Source: the human T2T-CHM13v2.0 reference genome, Homo sapiens. From it: a DNA stretch of 64,000 bases. Shown in pieces: positions 39,078-53,729 of this stretch (position 1 is the stretch's first letter; the number at the start of each line of letters is the position of its first letter). The DNA is taken from NCBI RefSeq assembly GCF_009914755.1, contig NC_060938.1. One strand, 5' to 3'. The notes beneath the pieces were generated by a model. The model was not told where the DNA came from. It made no database searches and was given only the letters and a program-made list of their open reading frames with translations. The position numbers were made by a program, and so were the translations under genes.

Positions 39078-41190
39078 TCACTGAAAATACTGCAGACAAT
39101 AAAATGACTATGAGAGAATATTATGAGCAACTTTCTATAAATAAACTCAATAATTTCAATAAAATGGAAAAAGTCCTTGAAAGACATGAACTGCCAGATC
39201 TCACTCAAGAACAGGTTATCCAAATAGCCCAGCTTCATATCTATTAAAGAAATGTAATTTGCTGTTTAAAATCTTCTCACAGAGAAAATCCCAGGGCCAC
39301 TTGGCTTAACTAGAGAATTCCACCAAGCATTTAGGAAAGAAACAAAATCAAGTTTACACAAATTCTTTCAATAACCTAAAGAAGAGGAACATTTTACAAC
39401 TTATTCCATGGGGAAGTATTACTCTGATACCAAAATGAGAAGACAGTATTACAAAAAAACTACAGAGTAATATATATTATGAACACAGATGCAAATATTC
39501 TTAAAGAAATCGGAGTATATTGAATCAAACAATATGCAAAAAGAATAATATGCCATGACCAAGTGGAGTTATAAAGCAATGCAAAATTGACTTAACATTT
39601 GAAAATCAAATAATGTAATTCACCATATTGGCAAATATAGGAGAAAACCATATAGGGTCATCTCAATAAATGCAGGAGATTCATCTGTCAAGATCTAATA
39701 TCTCATCCTTATAACTACTCTCAGCAAATTTATATTAGAGGGCATTTCCTCAACCTGATAAAGGGCATCAACAAAAATATCTACAAATTAACATCACATC
39801 TAATTTTGAAAGACTGGATGCCTTCCTCCCTAAGTTCTGAAACAAGACAAGGATGTCTGCTCTTAACACTTTTATTCTATGTTTATTGGAGGTTCCAGCT
39901 AATGCAATAGAGCAAAGAGAAGAAATAAAAAATATAGATTTGAAAAGCAGAAGTCAACTGTCATATTTACTGATGAAATGACTCCCTAAATTGAAAATCC
40001 TAAGGAATTTACCAAAAAAGCCACTAGAACTAAGAAGTGAGTTTGGCAAGCTTGCAAGATATGGGTCAGTACAAATGTATTACATTTCTATATATTAAAA
40101 ACAAACAAAAAGACATTGAAACTTAAAATCATTTACAATGTCTTCAAAAAAGATAAAATACTTGGGATTAGATTTGACAAAAGATGTACAAACAACACCA
40201 AAAACAACCAAACAGTGCTGAAAGAAATAAAGAAGACCTATGTAAATGGAGAGATATACTATATTCATGGATTAGAAGACTCAATGTTGCTAAGATGTCA
40301 ATTCTCCCCAAATTAGTGTACAGATTCAATATTATCCCAATCAAAATTTCTATAGGTCTATTATAAAATTTGATGAACGAGTTACTAAATTTATATTAAA
40401 ATGCACCTAGAATAGCCACGCAGCGAAACCTTTTTTAAAAAGGATAAAATCAGACAACTTAAACCATCTGATTTTAAGACTTATTACAAAGCCACAATAG
40501 TTAAGACAACTATAGTATTGATGTAAATATAGACATACAGGTCAATGCAACAGAACAGAGGCCCAAAAGGGACCCAGACATATATAGCCAATTGATTTCC
40601 ACCAAAAGTTTCAAGGTAAACCAATGAGGAAAGAATAATACTTTAAATAAATAAAGCTAGGAAAATTGAATAACCATATACAAAGTTAAAAAAATGAGCT
40701 TCAATATTTCACACCACATGAAAAATTAACTCAAGGTGGAGCATAGTCCTAAGTGTAAAAACTAAAACTACAAAACTTCTAGAGGAAATTCTAGTGATCT
40801 TGTTTGGCAAATATTTCTTAAATACCACACAAGGCATGAAATGTAAAAGAAAAAAATAAACAAATTGGAGCCTTTTTGCATTAAAAAAATGCTCTTCAAA
40901 ATAGACCTATAAAGTTTAAAAGATACGCCAAATATAGGGGGAAAATATCCAAAAAGCATATATCCAGGAATGAACTTGAATCTAGAATGTAAAAAGAACT
41001 CCTACAGTTCAATGATCCAATTAAAAATGAGCAAAATATTTAGTTACATACTTTATCAAAAAAGATGGCAAGCAAGCACATTAAAATATATTCAGCATTA
41101 TTAGTTATTATGGAAATGCAAAAGAAAACCATAATGAGATACCATGATATATCCACTAGATTGGCTAAATTAGACGGATTATATTAAGGG

Positions 41191-41521
<331 letters not shown>

Positions 41522-41868
41522 TATTAAGTGGTGAAGAGGATGTGGAGCTTCTAAAACTTTCATATGCTACTGGTGGGATTATAAAATGAATAAGCCACTT
41601 TGGAAAATGGTTTGGCAGTTACTTAAAAATGTAAACAAACACCTATCATATGATATAGCCATTTCACTTCTAGGTATTTACTCAAGAAAAATGAAAGCAT
41701 ATGGCCACATAAAGATTTGCTCACAAATATAACTTTATTCATAATAGTGAGACTCTGGAACCAATAAATGTCCATCAACGGGTGAACAGATAAACAAATT
41801 GCAGTATACCCATACGATGGAAGACTACTTAACAATGGAAAGAAAAGGAATGAACATATGCATGAGAG

Positions 41869-43090
41869 TGTCACAGGATCCTCAGGGTATCACTTTTCCA
41901 GCCAGAAGCCTCTGTAGTCGGGAGCACCTTGGTCTGGGTTTTGCTCAGGCCCTCTGGGCTCATTCTGCCCACTCGGCCTGGCATGCTACACTCAGCTTGT
42001 GCTGACAGACTGGATCCCATGCCTGCCAAGGGGTAGCCAGGTGTGGAGCGGCAAGTGGTGTGTGAGTGAGCATGTGCAGGATCTAGCCACTGCACACAGC
42101 CAGACGTGTTAGATGCTGCAGCAGGGCAGGCAGCTCCAGGCTCTGGCACAGGCACTGGCTCCATGCAAGCCTGCAGCTGGACCAGTGCACCACAAGCAGC
42201 TTCCACTATGGACACCCACATCTGGATGAGGGGAACAGGGTGGTGCCCAGAAGCTTGGAGACGCCAGAAACCACAGAGCCCCAAAGAGCATGTCACAACC
42301 CCTAGGTCTGGGCTCCCTGAAGAGTCCTATCTCTTCATTCCTCATTGCTCACAATGTGGCAAGAGGAGAGGGTGTGTTTTAGCCCTGTTTGTGTTACAGC
42401 TCTTTCAGTCCCACCATTCAGCAGGCCCCAGGGTCCTGTCTCATGTCTGGGAAGAATGAGATATGCAGACAACTGGAGGGTGAGCAAGGTAAAGAGGTGC
42501 TTTATTGAGTGACAGTACAGCTCCCAGGAGACCTAAAGTGGGTAGCTCCTTTCTGCAGTCAGGTTGTCCCAAAGTCTGCTCGAGTCTGGCTGAGTCTGAG
42601 GTTTTTATGGGCTTCAGAAGGGAGGAAGTGTGTGCTGATTGGTTCACGGGCAGCCATGGGTGGGTGTGGAAAAAGCACCATAAGTTCTCACTCCAGACTG
42701 TGGACTCCACCTGGAACTGACAGCCCAGCCCCCATGCTTCAGGTCTTCCCTGGCTTTAAGGTGGGGCTTCACCAGGGACCCACCCCTTTCCACCCAGAAG
42801 CCCATCTGCCTCCTGCCGCCATCTACATGTCATCCATGGCACCCAGGCTATTTGTGCCAAGGGGCATCTGCAGGCCCAGGCCAAGCCACCCTCAGGCCCC
42901 CACTGGCCTCCCTCCCATGCTCATCAGTGCCCAAAGTCCAGAAGGGGCTGAGGTCACAGGAGGCTGGCGTGTCAGTGCCACCCCAAGCATGCGTGCTCCA
43001 GGCTGGGTTGTGGCTGTGCCTGGGCTTGGCTTCAACTTTGCTCTGAAATCAGAGCAAGTGCTGGGAGCAGGGACAGGCTAGCTGCCATCA
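41869..43090 (-). mobile_element. MER52-family ERV1 solo LTR (internally deleted) inserted in L1
   Basis: Plus strand runs TGTCACAGGATCCTCAGGGTATCACTTTTCCAGCC ... GCTGCCATCA (minus start TGATGGCAGC); GC-rich; flanks AGAG/ATAG resemble a decayed 4-bp TSD. Confidence 0.85.
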
Positions 43091-45854
43091 ATAGCATAGA
43101 TGAATATCAAAATAAATATGCCATGTGAAAGAAGTCACACAAAAAATATTTACTATATAATTCCATTTGCATACAATTCTGGAAAATAAGAACTATAATG
43201 ACAGGATGCAGATCAGTGTTTATCTGAGGATGGGGGTGGATGGAGGGATAGATTTCAAAGGAGCTCAAGGAAGCTTTGAAGGGAGTTGGTTATGTTCATC
43301 ATTTGATCCTGGTGATGGTTTCATGGACATTGTTAAAACTTACCCAATTATACACTTTAAATATGTACAGCTTATTGTTAAAGCCAATTATACCACAGTA
43401 AAGCTACAAAACATGAATTATAAAACTTCATGTATAACCCTATCGACTAGGTGATACCATGGTCATTTTCATATTAAAAAATAGTCTTGGAGCAGAAAAC
43501 CAGCTTTTTAGGCCTGTTGCTGGGGCCAGCTTGGCATATTTGTGGGTCTTAAAGGATCCAGCCTTTGCCTACTCTACAGGCAGCTAAAAAGGACTTGGGC
43601 TAATACAAGCTTCCCCACCCACCCTGCCTGCCCTGCCTGGCTGCCCCTGTTTGCTCAGCTAACTGCTGTTGATTTGAAGAAACTTAGCCCAAAAGTCAGC
43701 TCCCCCTGGACATCTTTCTGGGATCCTGCGGCTGGGTCTGAGACACCTGCCTGCCTGGCACTCACTATCGGCCTGGTCTGAGATGAGTGACTCTTCATCC
43801 CTGGGTCACTCCTGGGATGCTTTGGGAAGCCTGATCTTTTAGGCCTAGTGCACAGTGCCACGCCTGGCCCCAGAAAGATGTTCGGTAAATACAGGACTCA
43901 GTAAATAGAGGGATAGGGAGAGGTCTCCAACAAGGGCTTGAACAAGGCTTCCTTTGGGAAGATGCAGAAACAGCTAAGATGATAGAGAGCCAGGAGCCAG
44001 GAAGCATGACCTCCATCCATCCCAGATGCCACCCTCCTGCTGCTCAGAAAAAAGGGACAGAGAAGTGAACCATTTGCATCTCTAAAGGAGCCCTGTGTGC
44101 ATTCCCTCTGTCCAGTTCAGGTGTGCACTGGAATCTTTGGCCTTCCCAAGAATTGCAAGGGGAAGCTGTGGAAGAGACTAGGCCAGCACCAGCCTTCATA
44201 AGCAGAGGCAATGAGTTAGAGCTGTAATAATCCCTTGTTTATTCCCCAAGATGCCAGAAAATAGATAAAAATCCAGATCAATGGGCTCCAGCTTTTGACC
44301 AGAGCTGAGCTGACTCATGTAGCATCTTCCCCTTTGGATGGAGGCCCCTCTGTGGGTTCCAGAAAGGAAGAGTGTAGCTCTTTCTGACTCTGCCCCCAAA
44401 AGCCACAATTCATTCTTCATTGAACATTCCTTTCTCTCCCCCACATTCCCATGAATCCCCAGAACAGCACCGCCAAGAGGACCTTTATGGGAATCCACTT
44501 GCACCTCCGGCCAACGCCCTTCCCGATGCCAGTAACTCGGGTGTCCCGAGCCTGACAAGTTCCAGAACACACTCCTCTCTGCATTCCATGTTTTGCTTTT
44601 ACAGGCAGTTGTTTCAGAAGCACCAGAAAGCATCTTAGATGGCTAAGACTGAAAAGGAATGGGGGGCCCTGAAGTTACCCCACATTCATTCATCTCTCCC
44701 AACAAAATGTGTGTCCTCCCTTGGCTGGGTCCTGCACCACCTGGAGAAGGTAAGGGGAAGGTGTTGCTCAGCCCAGACACAGTAGCTCCCAAGTACTGGA
44801 GGAAACAGAGGAGGAGACAGAAGTCCCAGCCTGGAGACACTCGGAGGGCAGGGCCAGTGAGGGCAAGGCATGGGGGCAGAAGGACAGGCTGCAGGAGGAC
44901 GTGAGTTAAGCTATGGTTTTATGGAGTGGGCAGCCCCAGACAAGGCAGGGACCAGGAAAAAGTCTATTCTAGGAAAAGGAATCAATGTGAGTAAAGGGAC
45001 GGAAGAAAATGGCGAGGTCACTGCATAAAACGTGTAGTGTGATGGGTGGGGGCGGGGGCTGGGGGCACAGAATGGCCAGCCAGGAGCCTGCTCAGAGTCA
45101 GAGCCAAAAGTATCGCTTAGTGTTCTGTGTGCTGACTCGTGTGTGCCGTTGCTATAATTCACCATGTGACTAGTGCGTTTTAGTTTCTCATCTGATAGGA
45201 TGGCTAATACAGAACCATGGTACAAGTTTCAAAAGGTACCCATGGATTTAAAGTAAAAACAAAGCTTTCTCCTTCATTTCTATAAGACTCTGAGAGACAA
45301 CCAGGTCCTGGATTGACAAGAAGAAAACACATTGCTGGACTCACAGGAAGCAAGGAAATTCCTAAAGATCAACTCTCTACCCCTCACCCCAACTCCAAAA
45401 CACACACCCAATTAGAAGACAATTGGACTGAACCGGACCAGAACCAGCCTAGAGCTACAGGCAAGTGGGAAGGGTGAGGCCTCCCTGAAGACGCGAGCCA
45501 CCGGAGCATGCACTGACAGGGAGCTGGCCAGCAGCAGGTGGGGGCTGGCCCTGGGGCCCCTGCAGCATCAGGACCCTCGAAGACAGGCAGTTGGCTTCTC
45601 TTAGAGAAAAAACCTTCCCAGTCTGAGCCATCAGAATTCTCACACACCCAAAAGAAGCAGACACTGGTTTATGAAGGTCACCAAGCACAGAAGAGGTGGC
45701 CACACAGGTGAGAATCAAGTAGAAACGGCAAAAAGATTCAGCCCCTAAGGACTTAAGACACCAGAAGTAGCAGAAACAGAAGATGGGATAGCGGCATTTA
45801 AAGAAAACATGGCTGGACTTCTAAAGGCAGGCCAAGAGCCCATATAAATAACTA

Positions 45855-46094
<240 letters not shown>

Positions 46095-46482
46095 TTACCT
46101 CAATAGATGATCAAACAGTAAATAAGACATCACTACACAAATGGCCATTTCATATCTTCCCCTTTCTCCTCCAATGCCCCAAGCCCTCTTCTCCCATCCT
46201 CACTCTCAGCTGAGACTTTACTGAGAAATAGCAGCAGCCAGAAGAGAACTCCCCCAAATGTCTATCCTCACATCCAGCCGCATGCCGGCATCTGCACCCA
46301 CACACTCAGCCTCCATTCCCACGGCTAGTGAGAAATGTTTCATGCCCAACCTGAAGGCAGTTCCACCTGTGCTCCAGAGCCATCCCACATCCCCCGCACG
46401 GTGTTCTCCAGCCATTCGCTCTTCTCCCCCTCACTATTCACGCTCCCTCTCTCCTGGAACATTTTCATCGCCTTATGTCTGG

Positions 46483-46829
46483 TTTTTTTTGTTTTTTTTT
46501 TTTTTTTTTTTTTGACACAGTCTCACTCTGTCACCCAGGCTGGAGTGCGGTGGTGCAATCATGACTCATGGCATTTTTGATCATCGAAACTTTGATCACC
46601 AAACCCTCCTGGGTTCAGGTGATCCTCCCACCTCATGCTCCCACCTCAGCCTCCCAAGTAGCTGGGATTACAGGCACCAGCCACCACACCTGGCTAATTT
46701 CTGTATTTTTTGTTGACATGAGGTTTCCTCATGTTCCCCAGGCTGGTCTTAAACTCCTGGGCTCAACCAATCCACATGCCTCAGCCTCCCAGAGTGCTGA
46801 GATTATGGTGTGAGCCACCACGCCTGGCT
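46483..46829 (-). mobile_element. AluJ-like element with small internal insertions
   Basis: Reverse Alu with J-type CTCCTGGGCTCAA; extra sequence at ~46574-46605. Confidence 0.9.
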
Positions 46830-47020
46830 CACCTTATATCTGAACCCTAGAGTTACATAGATTCAATGCTCCAAGCTAATTCTCCTCTTTCATTGGTTGG
46901 TTGGTTAAAATTCTTTGGCTAGTAGTCTCTTCAAGACAGGCTCCAATAAACCATATTTCCTGAATTCTTACATATTCAAAGGTGTCTGTTGCCTTTACAT
47001 TTGCATGTCAGTTTGGTTAG

Positions 47021-47434
47021 TGACATTGCTTGGATATTTGTCCCCACCCAAATCTCATGTTGGAATGTCATCCCCAGTGTTGGGGGTGGAGCTTGGTGGG
47101 AGGTACTTGGGCCACAGGGACAGATCTCTCATGAATGGTTTGTACCCTCCCCTTGGTGATGAGTGAGTTCTGGCTCTGGGTTCACATGAGATCTGGTCGT
47201 TTAAATGTGTATGGCACCTTTCCCCAATCCTCTCTCTTGCTCTGTTCTTGCTGTGATGTGCCTGCTCCCTCTTTGCCTTCTGCTATAAATGGAAGCTTCC
47301 TGAGGCCTCCCCAGAAGCAGATGCTACTATGCTTCCTGTAAAGCCTGCGTAACAGTGAGCCAGTTAAACCCTTTTTCTTCATAAATTACTTTATAAAGTA
47401 TTTCTTTACAGCAATGTATGAATGGCCTAATACA
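47021..47434 (+). mobile_element. MaLR solo LTR (MSTB-like)
   Basis: TGACATTGCTTGGATATTTGTCCCCACCCAAATCTCATG...GGCCTAATACA with a perfect 5-bp TSD GTTAG. Confidence 0.9.
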
Positions 47435-50094
47435 GTTAGGTACAAAACAACTTTCTTAAGTACATCATAGGCCAGCTCCTCTCTCTTCTAGCTGGGAAAA
47501 AGACTCAAGTCAGATTTCAAAGATAAAAAGAGAGTCAAGGGAAAGGGATCAGGTTTTAGTTACTTTCATCAGAAATGCTTTAGTGTTGACCTCCGTATGC
47601 AGTTTCTAGGTGGCACAATATTTTCTTTCAATCTATATGTTCAAGTCTTCTTTTTTTTCCAGAAATGTTTCTTAAGTTTTAATTTTAATTTAAAAATTTT
47701 TCATTCATGATCTTAGTTCTTTTATCCTTCAGACTCATCAAATACAAATATTTGGGATCCTTTTTACTGACTTCCCATACTCAAGTCCCTTTCAATGTCT
47801 CTTTACTTCCATTTTCTTTTGTTCACTTTCTTCACAATCCTGTCCTCTATGTACCTGCTGTGTTATTGATAGTGTCCGTTCTTCTTTACATCTGCAAACG
47901 ATTGTATGTTTCCCTTTCACATCTTCCCAAGTTCTGCCAGTTTGAGCATGCCTCATTTCCTTCTCTCTTGCCATACCTTCCCTGAGCAGCATCTCTGCTT
48001 TATGTTCTTGTTTTATAAAGGCAATTATTTTATTTTTAGAAAATGCATGGCAATATGTTTGGCTGTAAACTCTGTCTGCTCTATGATAATACTTTTTTAT
48101 TAAAAAAGGAAAAAGAGAGATATTAAAAACATACACATACGTCATCCATTTTCAAGGAAACCCAATGGGCTCCATGTTTGATGGGTGCACTGATGGCTGC
48201 ACAAGACATGGTTCCCCTCTCCAGGGCTTTCTCTAGGCCTTCTTCCTGTACCTTCCACCATCCCCCAGATGAAGGGCCTTTCCCCACTTCCACCCCTAAT
48301 TCTCTTGGCTTCTTTGGTGCTCTGTGAATTGCTGCAACCTTGCAGAGAGCCCTGGCTGTGTCCTGTGATATGAAGCAATCATTTAGAGACACCCCCCCAC
48401 AACCACAACCATGTGTGTGTACTTCAGCATGACCTGTGTGGCCTGGATCCACCCCAGCCTTCCTGGTCAGTGGCTTAGAAAAGAAACCTCAGTGCCAGCA
48501 GAGTACAAATAAAGGAAAACCCATGACCGTCCTGTGAGTGGACACAGTCCTCTTTGGGCTCAGGGTGTTCAGCACTCACTCTGGCAGCTGTGAGGCCCAG
48601 GCAGCTCTTCTCCCTGTGCTCAGACATCTCCTGGGCTCCTTGGGAAGCACCCTTCCCTCCGTGTATCTTGCTTTCTTGATCTATTCTTGTGTTCACGTGT
48701 GCATAGATTTCATGAGCCCATCCTAATCATTGGGGAGCAAAGGAGAAGTAGTAATAAATAGACAGCAACCAGAGCGTGAGCTGGTTAGGAAGGCATTTCA
48801 CGGGGTTGGACAAGGGAACGTTGTTTCAAAAGCAACAAGAAGGTGGAGATAAGATGCTGACGTTCATTGACCTGCAAGTAATGTGAATGTGGAGGAGATT
48901 ATGAGTAGAATGTGATCTTTGAGCTGTTTTGGATTTCTCATGAGAGGTGAGGACCGATCCGTACTCAGCCTTTTTCCCAGCCCAGCAGGGACATAAGGGG
49001 TTTACTGTTTCACCCGAGAGGAAGCCACCAAGCTGCAGGAAGAGCAGAAGGCTGGAGAGCCAGGGATGGGTGCAGACCCGTGCCTCCAAGACACTGGGGA
49101 GGGCATTGCACCATGGACCCATGCCTATGTGCTGGAGGTGCCAACACCAACCTAGAGAGAGGGTGGGGAGAGTTCATAGGATATTACCTGTAAAAGCATT
49201 GAGCAAGTTGCCTGGGATTCAGACTCCTGACATATCATTTGGTACAATTTTCCTCTTTTCGAGCCCTGCAGAAGTTGAAAGACAGCTCCCATTAATATTA
49301 CCCTCTTTCTTTGGGCATCCAGTGTGACCATTTTAACCCAGTGACTCTTAACAAGGCTGTTCTGATACCAGAAAGTTTTTGATGCTTCTATGTCAAAATG
49401 GCCTTGTCAATTTTTTTTAAATTGCTATTCTTTTACCAGTTAATGTTCATCCAGGTCTCCTGGACATTTCAACCCATTCCCCACAGTTATGTTACCACAG
49501 ATATTGCCCTGTATTTTCTATATTTCTTTCATTTTTCCAATTCCATTTTCTACATCTTTTCTTATTTTTTTTTATCAGTAGCTGTCTCTTTTCTTAACAT
49601 GTGATTTGTCTAGATTCTTATAAGTGGGCATTATTTTTATCATCAAAAGATGGTAAATATCTTACAATAAATAACACAACTGTGCTGTGGTCCATGCTTA
49701 ATGGACTGCTACCAGTTCAATAGCTTTTTTCCCAGGCGGCGTGAAGCTGAGAATGAGAGGGTCCAGAGAGAGAGTCTCCTCATGTCCTCCACGATCCAGG
49801 AACCAGCAGGACAGCTCTGCGCCAGAAGGAAACTCCTCAATTGGAATCTTTGAGCTACCTTGTGCCAGCTGCATGGCATTGGATCAAGTATTGAAACTCT
49901 GCTCCTCAGTTCCCTCACCTGTCAAATGCGAATGAGAATGACAGTGAGCTCATCAGTGACTGTGAGGAGTGAAAGAGGTGAACCAGGTGAGACACCCAGA
50001 GTGGCACCTAGCACGTCACAGCCATCAGCACACACACAACCCAATACGGCTGACAGATCCAAGCAGCCAGGAAGGCACAGGGGCCCTAGGAAGG

Positions 50095-51010
<916 letters not shown>

Positions 51011-51201
51011 GGCAGAGATCAAATGGACACCATAATAATTTCCATTATTAAGCAGCCAATTCTATATCTTGATTATAAATCCATGGACAAGATCCCTGGA
51101 ATACAACAGGAGAGGTCAGACCATCCTCAACACAGATTACACCACCGCAGGCCAATTCACACAGAATGAGCACAGGCCTTCCTTCAGATGACCAGTGGCG
51201 G

Positions 51202-51950
51202 TGCTATCGTTAGCTTTGCTGCTTAACAAACCTCTTCAACATCCAGCAGCTTAAAATGATGTCCACTTTAAGAAGCCCACAATTGTGTGGGTCAGCTGGA
51301 CTGTTCTGGTCTGGGCCAGCTTGGCTGATCTCCACTGGGTGCTCTCAAATGTCTGTGGTCAGTTGGTGGGCTGATGGCTGCTGAATGATAGATTAGACCC
51401 TCCCTCTTATGCTGGCATTTGGCTGGGGAGCCTCAGCTGGGAGGTCTGGTATCTGCTCCACATGTTCTGTCATCCCTCAGTGAAGCTAGCCTGCATCCAC
51501 AGAGCAGCTGGGAGGGCTGGTCTCTGCTCCACGTGGTCTCTCATCCCCCGGTGAAGCTAGCCTGCATCCACAGAGCAGCTGGGAGGGCTGGTCTCTGCTC
51601 CACGTGGTCTCTCATCCCCCGGTGAAGCTAGCCTGCATCCACCGAGCAGCTGGGAGGGCTGGTCTCTGCTCCACGTGGTCTCTCATCCCCCGGTGAAGCT
51701 AGCCTGCATCCACAGAGCAGCTGGGAGGGCTGGTCTCTGCTCCACGTGGTCTCTCATCCCCCGGTGAAGCTAGCCTGCATCCACAGAGCAGCTGGATGGA
51801 GAACCTGAAAGGCACCTGGAGACCTGGGCTCAAAATACCCCAGCCTCATTCTGTTGATCAGAACAAGTCACAGACCCATCAGAGTCAAGGGTGGAGGAAA
51901 TAGACTCCACTTCCTGAAGGGAGGGGCTGCAGAGAAGTTGTGGCCGTGCT
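51202..51950 (-). mobile_element. Old MaLR LTR (MLT1G/H-like) expanded by an internal minisatellite
   Basis: GCTGCTTAACAAAC...CAGCTTAAAA at the start; GGAAATAGACTCCACTTCCTGAAGGGAGG...TGTGGCC at the end. Confidence 0.7.
51434..51795. repeat. 71-bp minisatellite, about 5 copies
   Basis: Unit GTGAAGCTAGCCTGCATCCACAGAGCAGCTGGGAGGGCTGGTCTCTGCTCCACGTGGTCTCTCATCCCCCG starts at 51480, 51551, 51622, 51693 and 51764 (last one partial). Confidence 0.97.
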
Positions 51951-53729
51951 CCAGTGCATGCTAAGCCCCAGGTGCCCGGTTCTCTGAAGCCTGATTAACC
52001 CCCACTTTATCCCTATGTCCTACCACCCTTCTCACCTCTGGGGTGAGCTCGAAAGGGGGTGAGACGCAGGGAGGTCAGGGTGTCCATGTCACATGACACT
52101 TAGTAGAGCAATATAGCTGAATATATCATGGCTTGCCAAAATATCCCCATGTCTAAACAGCTGCATTAAAGGAACCACATCAAAATATCTTCCCTGGTTT
52201 TTGGTGTGGTTCCAGATTTCTTTTTGTTTCAGAACTAAATAGGCCTCCCACACTTTCTTCTATCTGGGTCTGGTAACTCCTCCTCTTGGTAGCTAACGGC
52301 AAGGCCTCTGGACATTCAACTGGGTTGGGAGTGGCAGGGGGCTCCATGCAGGTAGGAGAAATCAAGTAGGCAAAGAAAGATACAGGAGCAGCAAGAGCCT
52401 CTATCCAGAGTGGTCAGAAGGTGCAGACTTCTTGCCCAGAAAGGTGAGTCGGGGCTTCATGGTGAAGGGCCTGAGCCTGTGAGGGTAGACAGAGGGACTG
52501 GACACCAGTGGAACAGGGATTCCTGGAAGAACGCAGCATGCCACGGCCAGGGCTGAGCTTGGGAAGAGTCAGCAGCAGCACATGCAGGCAGAGGCAGTTC
52601 AGAGAGATCAGAGGCAGAAACGAGCCGTTAGGAGGCTGTGGACGTGGCCCAGGTAACGGAGACTTGAGCAGGGATGGTGATGAGACGTCACAGAAGTAGA
52701 ACTGACACAGTTCGAAGACTGATTAGACGTGAGAGGGAAGAAGGCAGTGAATGAGGAGGGAAAGGGAAGGATGACAGAGAAGGCAATGGCCCCAAGCCCA
52801 TTCGAGGGGGCCAGGAAAAGACAGTTCCGCAGAGAAGAGAACAAGAGATGGGACGTTCCGCTCAAAGTTCTAAGACATCGGAGCATGGGACGCTGCAGCA
52901 GTGGGGTAGGGTTGGGGCCATGGAGGGAGGCCCCTCAGGCAGAGGGATCAGGAGGAGCAGCAGGGCCCTGCCCCATCTGTAACCTGGCCAGCCCTGTGGT
53001 CAGCTGTGACACTGAGGGTCTAAAGCCCAATTTTCAAGATTAAGCAATAACTGTTCTTCCTCCTAGGACATGAAAACCTGTCCAAGAACCAGGCCCGGTT
53101 CCTTGCCTGCTCTCCCCAGCACTTGGAGGGCTCCACGGTTGGCCGCAGCTGTATCACTCACAGCAGATTTTACAAGCCTGTCCTTCTGCCAGGGCCCTTT
53201 CAGAAGTGAAAATAGCTGGAATCAGCCTGCTTTCCCTAAACCATGAAAACATCTCACTGTACCTCAAGCTGCGACTTAGTGCTGTGTCAGCCCACACCCC
53301 AGCACACTTCCTGGAGGAACCCGTCCGAGCAACCTCAGGAGGGTGCACTGAGGACCCGTTCTGCACACGTTTAAACGCAGGGTCGGATTTTAAACAGGAT
53401 ATCCAGCCGGAGACGAAGGTAACTGTTGTCTTGGTCACTGCTAAGAAGCACCTGATCGTGCAAGACATACCGCTCATGAGAAAGAAATGTTTTCAACTCT
53501 TTGTGGCACCCTGCTGGGACAGGCTCTGCCTGGTCATTCCATCCCAGGGGTGATTAACCATCCCAGTGTTAGGGCCTGGGACTTTGCTAATGTGCTTTCA
53601 GGTCAACCACAAACATATTTCTAAGATTTCTTAGCTAATGGTGCATTTGCGAGGTCATTCCAGGCTAAGACCAGGAGGATTAAAAGATCTGATTCCTTCC
53701 TGAGGCTCTTAGTTGTAAAGGACCAAAGA

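Noticed and set aside
41871-43081. Cluster of 100-190 aa ORFs
   Set aside because: All lie inside the GC-rich MER52 LTR.
51434-51795. CRISPR-like array
   Set aside because: Head-to-tail identical units with no unique spacers, no cas genes and a mammalian context; it is a minisatellite. The same applies to 59660-59848 and the LTR10 repeats.
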